Numbered from the stretch's first letter, positions 1 through 10,286 are shown. The stretch: 64,000 bases of DNA from Salinivirgaceae bacterium (GCA_017617355.1 JAFZWI010000036.1:1082-65081); one strand, 5' to 3'. Made by a program: numbers and translations. The notes: generated from the sequence alone by a model not told the origin.

Positions 1-915
1 AGAATCAACAACTTTTCCGTTGTGAGTTACAATAGCACCCTTGCCATTTGGCAGACGACGTTTAATTGTAATCGGGCAGTCGAATTTCGTTAGTTTGCTT
101 TCTGCCGTAACATCAACCGAAATCTCAGTCTCCTCGCCTTGTTGTTTTTCGCTAATTTTCAACGAATTGCGCTCAATAATATATTTCGAAACCTCGGCAA
201 AAGTGCCAACCCAAAAAATTGGCTCGGCATCATGCACAAATTTTAGATGCGTGTCAAGGTCGACCGATTTGATTGGCGAATAGCCGCCGTCATCGTCAAT
301 TCCGTGAATCAGATAGACACACCAGCCATTCTCCTTGGCGGCCAGCTCAGCCCACACATTGAAGTCGTAGGGAGTTCTGAGATATTTGCTTTCAGTTCCC
401 ACCAATCGCGAAGCAATGGCGAACATATTCTGCGGCGACGGTGTGCTGAACGACTCACAGCAAATACGGGCCGAAATGTAATAGTCAGCGACAATAGAGT
501 CGATGCCGCGCACACAGTACGGATAAACCATTGTGATACACTCTTTTCCAACATTCCGTTCAATAATCTCCTTCGATTTTGCAAGCTCGACAGTCTGCTG
601 CTCGGCGGTCATTTTATCCAGATAAGGGTGCGAAATGGTGTGTGAGGCAATTTCATGCCCGTTGTCGGAAATTGACTTCCAGCCGCTCCAATCCTTAACC
701 CAATCGGTAACAAGGTTGAAAGTTCCACGATAACCGTATTTTTCGAGCGTCGGAACCGCAATCGGTACCTGGTTAGGAGTGCCGTCGTCGAACGAGTAGG
801 TAAGAGCCGCCTGACTGAAGCCTCGCCATTGTGCAACTTCGTATCCTTCAGGTATTTGTGCGTTTATAAGATTTGATATAGCCATTGCCGTAATCAATAA
901 AATATTTCTCTTCAT
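1..915 (-). CDS. Polysaccharide deacetylase family protein (NodB/CE4-like); 3' end runs off the window
   Basis: Absent from the ORF track because no stop lies inside the window. My reverse-strand translation from the ATG at 915-913 gives MKRNILLITAMAISNLINAQ (signal peptide), then YSFDDGTPNQ and HTISHPYL. These match the DDG and HxxxH motifs of NodB-type deacetylases. The frame stays open for 305 codons to position 1. Confidence 0.75.
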   Translation of the reverse strand, partial: MKRNILLITAMAISNLINAQIPEGYEVAQWRGFSQAALTYSFDDGTPNQVPIAVPTLEKYGYRGTFNLVTDWVKDWSGWKSISDNGHEIASHTISHPYLDKMTAEQQTVELAKSKEIIERNVGKECITMVYPYCVRGIDSIVADYYISARICCESFSTPSPQNMFAIASRLVGTESKYLRTPYDFNVWAELAAKENGWCVYLIHGIDDDGGYSPIKSVDLDTHLKFVHDAEPIFWVGTFAEVSKYIIERNSLKISEKQQGEETEISVDVTAESKLTKFDCPITIKRRLPNGKGAIVTHNGKVVDS

Positions 916-991
916 ATTAATTGTGTTTTTCATTTCACATAAAAATCAATTTCAAACACTAAATTATTGTATATGCGCAAATATTCAAGTT

Positions 992-999
992 TACATTTG
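992..999 (+). promoter_or_regulatory. Candidate Bacteroidetes -7 promoter box (TACATTTG) for folP
   Basis: Matches the TAnnTTTG consensus described for Bacteroides sigma-A promoters. It ends 17 nt upstream of the folP ATG at 1016. No clean -33 TTTG was seen. Confidence 0.3.
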
Positions 1000-1015
1000 C
1001 AAAAATTACGATAAA

Positions 1016-1849
1016 ATGAAAACTATCAATTGCAGAGGCCGGTTGCTCGATTTAAGCACCCCAAAAATAATGGCTATTGTCAACCTGACGCCTGACAGTT
1101 TCTACAGCGAAAGCCGCAATGCAAGCGCCGAAGCGGCTTTGAATCGAATTGAAAATGCGCTGGCACAGGGAGCAGATATAATCGATTTGGGAGCCTGCTC
1201 GACGCGTCCGGGCGCTGATGTGCCAAGCGCCGACGAAGAATGGCTGCGCATGAAAGATGTTTTGACAACGGCAAGAAGGAATTTCCCAGACGCCATAATC
1301 TCAATCGACACTTTCCGCAGCCAGATAGCCAGACAGGCTATCGAGGCTGGAGCTGACATAATAAACGACGTTTCAGGCGGACAAATTGACGAACAGATGT
1401 TCGGTACCATAGCCGAAATGCAAGTGCCATACGTGCTGATGCACATGCGCGGAACGCCAGCCACGATGCAGCAATTTGCTAATTATCAGAATGTAACGTC
1501 CGATGTCATATTTGAATTGTCGCAAAAACTTCGACAGTTGACTGACCTTGGTGTTCACGATGTCATAATAGACCCGGGATTCGGCTTTGCCAAAACGGTG
1601 GAGCAGAACTACGAGCTTTTCGCACATTTGTCTGATTTCAAAATCTTTGAGTTGCCTTTGCTTGTCGGCATATCACGCAAATCGATGATTTACAAATTAT
1701 TCGGCACAACGCCCGAAAAGTCGCTGAATGGAACAACCATATTGAACACTTTTGCGTTGCAAAACGGCGCGTCAATATTGCGTGTTCACGATGTGCCCGA
1801 AGCTGTTGAGGCGAGAAAAATCGTAGGAATTCTGCAAGGTTACCTATAG
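1016..1849 (+). CDS. folP: Dihydropteroate synthase
   Basis: ORF 923..1849. An internal ATG at 1016 gives MKTINCRGRLLDLSTPKIMAIVNLTPDSFY, followed by DIIDLGACSTRPG and DPGFGFAKT, which are typical pterin-binding DHPS motifs. The upstream extension is AT-rich and not protein-like. Confidence 0.9.
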   Translation: MKTINCRGRLLDLSTPKIMAIVNLTPDSFYSESRNASAEAALNRIENALAQGADIIDLGACSTRPGADVPSADEEWLRMKDVLTTARRNFPDAIISIDTFRSQIARQAIEAGADIINDVSGGQIDEQMFGTIAEMQVPYVLMHMRGTPATMQQFANYQNVTSDVIFELSQKLRQLTDLGVHDVIIDPGFGFAKTVEQNYELFAHLSDFKIFELPLLVGISRKSMIYKLFGTTPEKSLNGTTILNTFALQNGASILRVHDVPEAVEARKIVGILQGYL

Positions 1850-2542
1850 TATCTGTTTCAGTTCCAATAAATTGCTAATTTCGTAAGTAACCGGACATCC
1901 AGCCGGCTTTTTGCGCGTATTGAAATAAACTTGGTCAATTCCGGCCCGCCTCGCGCCAAGGATATCGATTGGCCACTCGTCGCCAATCATCAAGCTCTCA
2001 CGCTTCCGCGCATTGACATATTTTATGGCATAGTCGAAAGCTGATTTGTGCGGCTTTTTATAGCCCGACTCATCGGATGTGAACACCTTCTCAAAATAAG
2101 GCGCCAAGCCTGATTGTGTAGTCTTAATATGCTGTATCTCAGTAAATCCGTTAGTTAGCAAATACAAATGATACTCTTTTTGTTTCAGATAATCGAGTAC
2201 CTCGAACGTGTGCTCAACAACGCGCGTTTGATATGGCGATATCGAGATGTATTTCTCGCCAAACTCCTCAGCCAACGGCCTGTTGTCCAATCCAAACTGT
2301 CGGAAGACCTCGTGAAAGCGCTTCCAACGCAGCTCCTCCTTCGATATCCGACCCTCGCCGTATTCAATCCAAAGAAAATCGTTGTAATGGCGGTATGCGG
2401 CAAGAAACTCCGCCTCATGGTCAACTAAAGCGGGCGTCAACTGACGAATAAGCAACTGCAAAGTATACTCTGAATTGCTGTCGAAATCCCACAATGTGCC
2501 GTCCAAATCGAAGAACAGCCATTTGTAACGTTGCGCTGGCAA
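1844..2542 (-). CDS. HAD-superfamily hydrolase (subfamily IA, YjjG-like nucleotidase type)
   Basis: HAD motif I (FFDLDGTLWDF) lies near the N-terminus, with LLTNG and IGDEW later. The only in-frame start is a TTG at 2542-2540. The 3' end overlaps the folP 3' end convergently by 6 nt. Confidence 0.8.
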   Translation of the reverse strand: MPAQRYKWLFFDLDGTLWDFDSNSEYTLQLLIRQLTPALVDHEAEFLAAYRHYNDFLWIEYGEGRISKEELRWKRFHEVFRQFGLDNRPLAEEFGEKYISISPYQTRVVEHTFEVLDYLKQKEYHLYLLTNGFTEIQHIKTTQSGLAPYFEKVFTSDESGYKKPHKSAFDYAIKYVNARKRESLMIGDEWPIDILGARRAGIDQVYFNTRKKPAGCPVTYEISNLLELKQIL

Positions 2543-2546
2543 TGGA

Positions 2547-4076
2547 CTATTTTTTAGGTTTGACTACCGCGTTGATGTTTTCAATTTTCTTGCCCGGAGC
2601 GTTAACCACATTCAGCTTGGTCGAATAAGGCTCGATGTTAGCTCCTTCGATTTGCAGGACATAATTGCCCGGAAGGAGCGCCACATTAACAATGCTTGTT
2701 GTCGGGTTATAGACATACGTTCCGTAAACCGTCGAGCCCTTGGTCTGAACAGTGATTTTCAAGTCTTGTCCGGCGCTGCCAAGCGGCACTTTTTGGTCGC
2801 CCTCCTGAGTAACAAGTTTCACCTGATAAAGTTTCACCAACGGGTCGCGGTCGTTGAAAATAACGCGATAGATGTCGGCGCCACCAAACGATTCGGACTT
2901 AATGGCCGAAACGTAAGCGTAGTTGCCGTCGGGCGTGTAAGCTATTGTCTTGTTGTCGTAAACGTCATTGAGCGGATAACCGATGTTGCGTGGCTCCGAC
3001 AAGGCGCGTGTCTTAGGGTCGATGTTGCAGACAAAAATATCGTAGCCGCCCATTGATTTTGTGCCGTTGCTGCAGAAATAGAGCTTGCGGCCGTCAGCTG
3101 AAACCATTGGGTACGACTCATCATATTCGGTGTTGATTTTATTGCCGAGGCTCTCAGCATCGCTCCACTCGCCGGTTGGCAGCTGAACTGCAAAATAGAG
3201 GTCAAGTCCACCAAGACCACCTTCGCGGCTACTTGAGAAGAAAAGTGTGTCGCCAACGCGCCATGCGGACTGCTCCTCTTTTTTGGTGTTAATCTTCTCC
3301 GATAGTTTATTTTTCCCCTTCACGGTGTTCTTCTGAATCTCGGTCGACATCAAATCTTGAAAAGCATCGAGCCCGTCCAAACGGAAATAGAGAGTCGAGC
3401 CGTCGTCTGACAAACCGCCCACATACTCATCGTCGAGCGTACATATTGGCGACAAAACGCGGCCTTTCTTGAAATCTCCTTCTTCGGAATATGACGAGAA
3501 AATGTCGGTGGCGTAGAGTTTCAGTTGCGTGTCAAATTTCTGATTTGAAGTATAATACAGATTGTCATTGGCCGGAGTTATCATTGGTGTGGTCTCGTCG
3601 AGGGCGCTGTTGATGTCTTTGCCCAAATTCACAAAAGTGACATCGACCGGCTTCTGCACCATTTTCTCGGCATTGCCGATATACGCTGACAACAGCTTCA
3701 GTTCCCTGTCGTTTTTCAGTTTGGCTTCGGCTTTTCTAAGAGCCTCTCGCGCCTTTGCAAAATCGCCACGGTAGAAATAGGCATAGACCATAGCCACCAG
3801 AAAATCGCCGTCCTGTCCGTATTTCTTCTCGGCTTTCAGCAGATAATCCAAGGCCTCGTCGGGCTTTGAGTATGTTTTGGTTTTGCAGACACCTATTGAG
3901 TAGGCATAATCGACATTCGATGTATCTTTCTTATATGCACCAAGATACAATTTCAGCGCATATTGGTAGTTCTCCTGCTTGAATTGGAAATTTGCCTCGC
4001 GGACATCCTGAGCGGCAACGCTTGCCGGCAACAGAGCCGCAACAATCGACAGTCGGAACAGAAAACCCTTTTTCAT
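2547..4076 (-). CDS. Secreted TPR + TolB-like (PD40/WD40-like) beta-propeller + C-terminal beta-sandwich protein; PorE-N-terminal-like, no OmpA domain
   Basis: Signal peptide MKKGFLFRLSIVAALLPASVAAQ. TPR-like YAYSIGVCKTK...AMVYAYFYRGDFAKA. Repeated PD40-type segments (SADGRKLYFCSNG, GGYDIFV, GGADIYRV). Homologous by eye to 4102..5664 and 31650..34133. Confidence 0.8.
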   Translation of the reverse strand: MKKGFLFRLSIVAALLPASVAAQDVREANFQFKQENYQYALKLYLGAYKKDTSNVDYAYSIGVCKTKTYSKPDEALDYLLKAEKKYGQDGDFLVAMVYAYFYRGDFAKAREALRKAEAKLKNDRELKLLSAYIGNAEKMVQKPVDVTFVNLGKDINSALDETTPMITPANDNLYYTSNQKFDTQLKLYATDIFSSYSEEGDFKKGRVLSPICTLDDEYVGGLSDDGSTLYFRLDGLDAFQDLMSTEIQKNTVKGKNKLSEKINTKKEEQSAWRVGDTLFFSSSREGGLGGLDLYFAVQLPTGEWSDAESLGNKINTEYDESYPMVSADGRKLYFCSNGTKSMGGYDIFVCNIDPKTRALSEPRNIGYPLNDVYDNKTIAYTPDGNYAYVSAIKSESFGGADIYRVIFNDRDPLVKLYQVKLVTQEGDQKVPLGSAGQDLKITVQTKGSTVYGTYVYNPTTSIVNVALLPGNYVLQIEGANIEPYSTKLNVVNAPGKKIENINAVVKPKK

Positions 4077-4101
4077 ATCTGCAGATTTATTTGTTGGTCA
4101 A

Positions 4102-5664
4102 CTATTTAACAGGTTTCAACAGGATTGTTTTCTCAATCCAATCGCCCTCTTTTATATTGATAGATTCCTTATAACCTGTTGTCTGTCCTTCAAACTTAAC
4201 CTCCAAATCGTATTTTCCGGGGAAAAGTGACGCGAAGAATTGTCCTTCTTCAACCACCCATTGGGCGTAGATGTTTCCGTGCTGGTCGTAAACTGTTGCG
4301 TATGCCTTTTGGAACTGGTCGGAATGTGGAACGGCGGAGCCTTCGCTTTCACCAACATTCACAGTACCAATATAAATTGACGGCTGCATCTCGGGGTCGC
4401 CAAAATCAATCCGGTATATGTCGAGGTTGCCCATTCCCTCTTTGCGCTTGGCTGCCACGTATGCTGTTTTACCGTCGGCAGTGAACGAAATTTTGGTATT
4501 GTCAAGAGGTGTGTTTATTGGGAAACCAAGATTCTGTGGTCGCGTCCAGCTGTTGCTGGCCTCATCGAAATAGGAACGGAAAATGTCATAACCGCCTATG
4601 CAGTCGTGACCTTTTGAAGCGAAATAGAGAGTCTTGCCGTCGGCGCTCAGGCTCGGATAATTCTCATCATATTCGGTATTGATTACCGAACTCATCAATT
4701 CTGAAGGTCCCCATTTGCCGTCGGCGCCTTTGCGCGACATATACAAATCCAAACCGCCGCGTCCACCGGGTTTATCGCTGGCATAGTAAAGAGTGCTGCC
4801 GTCGGGCGAGAAACATGCCCCCATTTCAATTTCCTCGGTGTTCATATCGGCCGGCAAATCGGTCGCTTGTGCCTTTGTGAATTTGACACCCTTGCGATGA
4901 TACATTTTGATATCGTGGGTAGCATAGTCGCCATTGGCGTAAACCAACACTTTGGTACCGTCGTTGCTGACGCCAACCACATTCTCGTTGTCATAGCTGC
5001 TTATCGGTATTCTGACAGCGCTCTGCCATAAGCCTTTCTTCATCTCGCTATAGAAACCACTGTAGATGTAGTCTTCGTATTCCTTAATGTAGTTGCTGTT
5101 GCTTGAGAAGTAAAGCATTGTGTTGTCGTAGCTTACTACCGGGACCATTTCGTCGTACTTTGTGTTAATGGTGGTGTCGAGGCGTGTGAACGTAACGTTT
5201 TGCGGCACGTTTATCAACTCCAACACATAGTAGCACATGTCAATCATACGGTCGGTTTCCAGAAGGTCTTTCTCGTCAACGCCGATTGTCTTGTACTCAT
5301 ATAAAGCCTCTATGGCTTCGGTAAACCGATAGTTGTACATATAGGCGCGACCCAAGAAGAAAGCAGTGCGGATTGGCTTGTTGTTGAAACTGGCAACATA
5401 CTCCAGAAACGGAACGGCTTTCTCCTTATCGATATTGGTCTCAGTGTAGCATATTCCGATTTTATAATTGACATCAATATTCTCTTTGTCGTATTTGTAA
5501 AGCTGAAGATAGTTTTCGAGCGCGAACTCGTAATCCTTTCCGTTAAAGGCATTTTCGGCATATTTGCGAATCATGCTTATATCTTGCTGGTCTTGTGCTG
5601 ATGCTGATATCACCAATGACAGCATAGAAAAAACAATAGCCAGCAACCTCTTGTCTAATAACAT
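4102..5664 (-). CDS. Secreted TPR + TolB-like beta-propeller + C-terminal beta-sandwich protein (tandem paralog of 2547..4076)
   Basis: ORF 4102..5787. I prefer the ATG at 5664 (MLLDKRLLAIVFSMLSLVISASAQ, signal peptide), which also removes the overlap with murI. PD40-type repeats are present (SADGKTLYFASKG, GGYDIFRS, GNLDIYRI). Confidence 0.8.
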   Translation of the reverse strand: MLLDKRLLAIVFSMLSLVISASAQDQQDISMIRKYAENAFNGKDYEFALENYLQLYKYDKENIDVNYKIGICYTETNIDKEKAVPFLEYVASFNNKPIRTAFFLGRAYMYNYRFTEAIEALYEYKTIGVDEKDLLETDRMIDMCYYVLELINVPQNVTFTRLDTTINTKYDEMVPVVSYDNTMLYFSSNSNYIKEYEDYIYSGFYSEMKKGLWQSAVRIPISSYDNENVVGVSNDGTKVLVYANGDYATHDIKMYHRKGVKFTKAQATDLPADMNTEEIEMGACFSPDGSTLYYASDKPGGRGGLDLYMSRKGADGKWGPSELMSSVINTEYDENYPSLSADGKTLYFASKGHDCIGGYDIFRSYFDEASNSWTRPQNLGFPINTPLDNTKISFTADGKTAYVAAKRKEGMGNLDIYRIDFGDPEMQPSIYIGTVNVGESEGSAVPHSDQFQKAYATVYDQHGNIYAQWVVEEGQFFASLFPGKYDLEVKFEGQTTGYKESINIKEGDWIEKTILLKPVK

Positions 5665-5734
5665 AATTGAATGTGTGAATAAAAATTTCAGCAAATATAA
5701 AAATTTAGGGCAATTGACAATCGCCAATCGTCCT

Positions 5735-6553
5735 TTATTGAAGAGCCTTGTATTTGTTTGTGTTCCACTCCACAACCGTATCAGCAAGGCTTAACGCCGA
5801 TGTGTTTTCAAGCAAGCTGCGCATCTGCCCCGTTTCAGCCGACGACACAAACAAATCGGTGCCGCTGCCATTCCCAGTAAACAAACCGCCAGCTTCAAGC
5901 AATTCATGAGCGCGTTTGGCAACTGCCGGCGCCGGGTCGATTACGGTGACTTTATCACCCGCAATTGCCTCAATTTGTGTTTTGTAGAAAGGATAATGCG
6001 TGCAGCCGAGCACTATTTGGTCGGCGCCGTTCTCCACCATTGGACGCACATATTTTTTCAAAAGCGAATCGGCTTCGGGTGAGTTTATTTTATTCGTTTC
6101 CACAAGTTCGACCAACCCGTCGCCAACCTGCACAAGCACCTCAATGCCTTGGGCATATTTCTCACTTGTGGCCTTATACAGCCGACCGTCGAAAGTGCCT
6201 TTGGTGGCCAACACTCCAACCACTCCGGTTTTAGTGTGTAAGGCCGCCTGTTTTATTGCCGGCTCCATTCCCACAAACGGCACTTCAAACTCGCGGCGCA
6301 GCGTGTCAATTGCGGCAGCAGTGGCGGTGTTGCAAGCCACAACAATCAGTTTGCAGCCGAATTTGCCGAGCAAAAAATCAGTAATTCCGCGTGCCAGGTC
6401 AATGATTTTGTCCACAGGCTTGTGTCCGTAGGGGCAATGAAGGCTGTCGGCGAAATAGACGATGTCCTCGCCGGGCATCAGCCGCCGCACCTCGCGCCAG
6501 ACGGTGAGCCCGCCCAAGCCGGAATCAAATATGCCGATAGGGTTGCTGTTCAT
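5735..6553 (-). CDS. murI: Glutamate racemase
   Basis: The internal ATG at 6553 gives MNSNPIGIFDSGLGGLTV. ACNTA and GCTHYP motifs (the catalytic Cys regions) are present. Confidence 0.9.
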   Translation of the reverse strand: MNSNPIGIFDSGLGGLTVWREVRRLMPGEDIVYFADSLHCPYGHKPVDKIIDLARGITDFLLGKFGCKLIVVACNTATAAAIDTLRREFEVPFVGMEPAIKQAALHTKTGVVGVLATKGTFDGRLYKATSEKYAQGIEVLVQVGDGLVELVETNKINSPEADSLLKKYVRPMVENGADQIVLGCTHYPFYKTQIEAIAGDKVTVIDPAPAVAKRAHELLEAGGLFTGNGSGTDLFVSSAETGQMRSLLENTSALSLADTVVEWNTNKYKALQ

Positions 6554-6631
6554 TACCAAGTTGTCGGAAAAAACAATATCCAATGGAAAAACCACTGGAT
6601 ATTGCCAATATAAATATTATTAATCTATTAA

Positions 6632-7144
6632 TTACAAACCTAACTTCTTCAGAACCAGCGGCATCAAATCGACACTTTGGTCAGACTGATACAGAACAGC
6701 ACCAGCCGAAAGGTCGAACACGTAGGTGAATTTGTTTTCGTAAGCCACATCGTTTATAGCCTGACGTGCCTTGTCGATAATCGGTTGGATAAGTTTTGCT
6801 TCCTGCTCGCTCAACTCTTTTTGTGCGCTTTGTTGGAACATTTGGAAACGTTGCTGAATGTCAGTCAATTCACGCTCCTTAGCCTCACGCAGCACCTGCG
6901 GCAGTGAGTCGGCCTGCTCAAGATATTGCTGATACTTTGTTTCGAACTCACTTTGCATGGCAGCCATTTGGTCCTCAAGCTGTTTTGCATATTTCTCCAA
7001 TTGGGTACGAGCTTGTTCACGCTCCGGCATCTGCTGAAGCAATTTGCTTGAATCTATATGTCCAAATTTAAGATTCTGAGCGTTAGCCACTGTTGCAAAC
7101 GCCGATAATGCAACGACTGCAACGATTGTTAAAATCCTTTTCAT
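6632..7144 (-). CDS. skp: OmpH/Skp-family periplasmic chaperone
   Basis: 170 aa with a signal peptide and a long charged coiled-coil-like middle section. It sits immediately downstream of bamA, as in the conserved Bacteroidales arrangement. Confidence 0.85.
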   Translation of the reverse strand: MKRILTIVAVVALSAFATVANAQNLKFGHIDSSKLLQQMPEREQARTQLEKYAKQLEDQMAAMQSEFETKYQQYLEQADSLPQVLREAKERELTDIQQRFQMFQQSAQKELSEQEAKLIQPIIDKARQAINDVAYENKFTYVFDLSAGAVLYQSDQSVDLMPLVLKKLGL

Positions 7145-7206
7145 TATAAATCTGTTTAATTTTTGTGTTTACAAATATAGAAAAATACGTTACAAATAAT
7201 CGCTAA

Positions 7207-7719
7207 CTAATTCTTATAGCCCAATTTTTGAAGCACATCATCACTTTTGTCATACTTCGGGTCGGAATAGAGGAACGAAGCGCCGCCCGCTGCATCAAAA
7301 ATGAATGCGTAGTTGCCCGATGAGGCTATCTCCTTAATAGCGTTGAAGATGTCGTCCTGGATAGGTTTAATCAGTTCCTGACGTTTTTTGTACAAACTGC
7401 CCTCGGCACCGAAATACTTCTTTTGAAGTTCCTTGGTTTGACGCTCTTTCTGCACAATCTCCTCCTCACGTTTCTGTTTCATTTCCTCAGTAAGAAGCAC
7501 TTTTTCAGCCTGATACTCCTTATACATTTTCTCGATTTCAGCGTAAGCCGTCTCAATCTCACCCTGCCATTCTTTCGACATTATCTCAAGTTGTTCCTGG
7601 GCCGACTCATACGAGGGAATGCTCTTCAAAATGTAATCGGTATCGACATAAGCGAATTTCTGTGCAAAAGCCTGCGTTCCAAGCGCAATGGCGAAAGCTG
7701 CAATTAATAAACGTTTCAT
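7207..7719 (-). CDS. skp: OmpH/Skp-family periplasmic chaperone (second copy)
   Basis: 170 aa with a signal peptide (MKRLLIAAFAIALGTQAFAQ) and a K/E-rich helical core. Adjacent to bamA. Confidence 0.85.
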   Translation of the reverse strand: MKRLLIAAFAIALGTQAFAQKFAYVDTDYILKSIPSYESAQEQLEIMSKEWQGEIETAYAEIEKMYKEYQAEKVLLTEEMKQKREEEIVQKERQTKELQKKYFGAEGSLYKKRQELIKPIQDDIFNAIKEIASSGNYAFIFDAAGGASFLYSDPKYDKSDDVLQKLGYKN

Positions 7720-7751
7720 GACTAAAAATTTTAAAAGTTAAGAGTTAAACG

Positions 7752-10286
7752 TTAAAATGCCTGTCCTATTGTGAATGCGAACTGACTTCCGTTAGAGCCT
7801 GGGTTACGCGAATTGGCGTCGAATCCGTAGCCCCAGTCGAGACCGAGCAAGCCAAGCATCGGCAGATAGAAGCGAACACCCACACCCGCCGAGCGGTACA
7901 AACTATATGGGTTGTAATCTTTCATCTCATACCACGAATTACCCGCATCGAAGAAAGCGGCGGCCCAAATGGTTGCCGACTCTTTCATAACCAGCGGATA
8001 GCGTAACTCAACCGAGAGTTTCTGATAGACATTACCCTGCGGGTAGGCCGTCAGCGAACCGTTGCCGTTACGCCCGTTGTCGTAGCCGCGCAACGGGATG
8101 ACATCGTAGCCGTAATAGTAGTTGCCGCCTTGCATGCCGTCGCCACCCAACTGGAACGACTCGAACGGCGAGTAGCCCCAAAGGCTGTTGTAGTAGCCAA
8201 GCAAACCGAACTCGAAGTTGGTGCGCAGCACTAAATTGCCGTAAATGGCGTTGAACCAGTCGGCTTTGAACTTCCACTTGTGGAATTCAATCAGTTTGTA
8301 TTTGCGGCGCATCTCCTCCTCGCGGATACTTGCGTTGTTATTCTCAAGACCTTTGCGCTCCTCGCCCGACAATTCCCAGAACTTGCGCGGGCGCATCAGA
8401 GAGTAGGGCGGTGTCAGCTGTATCGACAGCGATATGTTTGCGCCGTGGCGCGGATAAAGCTGCTGGTCAAGTGAGTTTCGGCCTATTACTGTTGTGATAC
8501 TCAAGTTGTTCGATATGCCAGTGCTGAACTCGCTTAATATTGAATAATTCTTAATGTTGTAGCGTTGATAACTCAACTCGTTGTAGAGCGTGAAATATCT
8601 GTCGGGCCAACTCAGACGCCGTCCCAAACCAATAGCTCCACCGGTTATCTTCATAAATTGCTCTATGTTCGACTTATAGACGTTTGAGCTTGAACGCACT
8701 GTATGGTAGAACGACAATGAGAGCGAATTAGGCTTGCGGCCGCCCAGCCATGGCTCGGTGAACGAGAAACTCATCGAGCGATAGTGCTTGCCGCTTGTCT
8801 GCGCCCTGATTGATAGTTTCTGGCCGTCGCCGGTTGGCAGCGGGCTGTACGATTCAAGGTTGAAAAGATTCTGAATTGAGAAGTTTGTAAACGACAAGCC
8901 CAGCGTACCTATCACCATTCCGCCACCCCAGCCGCCGGAAAGCTCCACCTGGTCGGAACCGCGCTCAACAACAACAAACTCCAAATCGACTGTTCCGTCA
9001 GCCTGATTCGGAATAGGCTTAACGTCCATTTTCTCAGGGTCGAAATAGCTCATATTGCGCAACTCGCGGACTGATGCCATAAGGTCAGACTTGCTGAACA
9101 GCTCGCCCGGATGTGTCCATAGCTCACGGCGTATCACATACTCATTGGTGCGGTCGTTGCCATGAATAATAATATTGTTTATGCGAGCCTGTTTTCCCTC
9201 GTACAGACGGATTTGCAAATCAATGGAGTCATTCTCTACCTGCACTTCAACCGGAACGGCCTGGAAGAACAGATAGCCGCGGTCGAGATATAGATTCGAA
9301 ACGGCGTCCTCATCGGAATAGAGGCGCTTGTCGAGCCGCGACTGGTCGAATACGTCACCGCTCTTGATTTCGAGTTGCGAGGTAAGCATCTCTGCCGGAT
9401 ATTTGGTGTTGCCAACCCACTCTATATTACGGAAATAGTAGCGGTTGCCCTCCTCCACTCTGATGTTGATATTCATTGTCTTGTCCTCGTTGCGGTAAAC
9501 CGTATCGAAGATGATATTGGCGTCGCGGTAGCCGAGCTCATTGTATTTGGCTATCACCTTGTCCTTGTCTTCAACATACTTAGCCTCAATGTATTTCGAC
9601 GAACGGAAGATGTTGTACCAGGTCTTCTGTTTTGTGCCTTTCATGGCGCGGCGCAGTTTGCGCGATGCAAGCACCTCGTTGCCCTCGAAGGTTATGGTTT
9701 TAATTTTTACCTTACTGTTTTTCTTGATGTTGAAATGCAGAATCACGGTGTTTGGCATCACCGTGTCGTCAATCTGTTTAACACTCACTTTCGCATCGTA
9801 GAATCCTTTTTTTATATAGAACTCTTTGATTTTCTTCTTCGCCGTCTCAATCATATCGTCGGTAATCTGACTGCCGCGCGTCAGTTTTATCTCATCACGC
9901 AAATCGTCGCCCTGCGATTTCGATATACCCGAAAACTCCACCTTCGACAGACGCGGACGCTCTTTCAGGTAGATGTCCAAATAAATCTTGTCGTCTTGGA
10001 TATTGGTAACCGACAGCTGCACATCTCCAAAAAGACCGTGTTTCCAGAGTTTGTTCAGAGCGTTGGTAATGTCGTCGCCTGGTACGGTTATCTTTTGCCC
10101 AACCTGCAATCCCGACAAATTGACCAACACCGTCTGGTTCAAATATTTAACGCCCGAAACAGATATTCCGCCAATCTCGTATTCCTTTGGTTTCGAATAA
10201 TCGATTTTTATATCGGATGCAGACTGTGCGAATGCCTGTACAGCACTCAGGATAAGTATAATAGCAACTATTATTCTGCTTCTCAT
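7752..10286 (-). CDS. bamA: Outer-membrane protein assembly factor BamA
   Basis: 844 aa with a signal peptide, POTRA-like N-terminal repeats, an Omp85 barrel and the C-terminal beta-signal ...FAFTIGQAF. The uppS-bamA-skp-skp synteny supports the call. Confidence 0.93.
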   Translation of the reverse strand: MRSRIIVAIILILSAVQAFAQSASDIKIDYSKPKEYEIGGISVSGVKYLNQTVLVNLSGLQVGQKITVPGDDITNALNKLWKHGLFGDVQLSVTNIQDDKIYLDIYLKERPRLSKVEFSGISKSQGDDLRDEIKLTRGSQITDDMIETAKKKIKEFYIKKGFYDAKVSVKQIDDTVMPNTVILHFNIKKNSKVKIKTITFEGNEVLASRKLRRAMKGTKQKTWYNIFRSSKYIEAKYVEDKDKVIAKYNELGYRDANIIFDTVYRNEDKTMNINIRVEEGNRYYFRNIEWVGNTKYPAEMLTSQLEIKSGDVFDQSRLDKRLYSDEDAVSNLYLDRGYLFFQAVPVEVQVENDSIDLQIRLYEGKQARINNIIIHGNDRTNEYVIRRELWTHPGELFSKSDLMASVRELRNMSYFDPEKMDVKPIPNQADGTVDLEFVVVERGSDQVELSGGWGGGMVIGTLGLSFTNFSIQNLFNLESYSPLPTGDGQKLSIRAQTSGKHYRSMSFSFTEPWLGGRKPNSLSLSFYHTVRSSSNVYKSNIEQFMKITGGAIGLGRRLSWPDRYFTLYNELSYQRYNIKNYSILSEFSTGISNNLSITTVIGRNSLDQQLYPRHGANISLSIQLTPPYSLMRPRKFWELSGEERKGLENNNASIREEEMRRKYKLIEFHKWKFKADWFNAIYGNLVLRTNFEFGLLGYYNSLWGYSPFESFQLGGDGMQGGNYYYGYDVIPLRGYDNGRNGNGSLTAYPQGNVYQKLSVELRYPLVMKESATIWAAAFFDAGNSWYEMKDYNPYSLYRSAGVGVRFYLPMLGLLGLDWGYGFDANSRNPGSNGSQFAFTIGQAF

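Noticed and set aside
923-1015. N-terminal extension of the folP track ORF (MFFISHKNQFQTLNYCICANIQVYICKNYDK)
   Set aside because: It is AT-rich and not protein-like, and it contains the candidate -7 box. The DHPS homology begins at the ATG at 1016.
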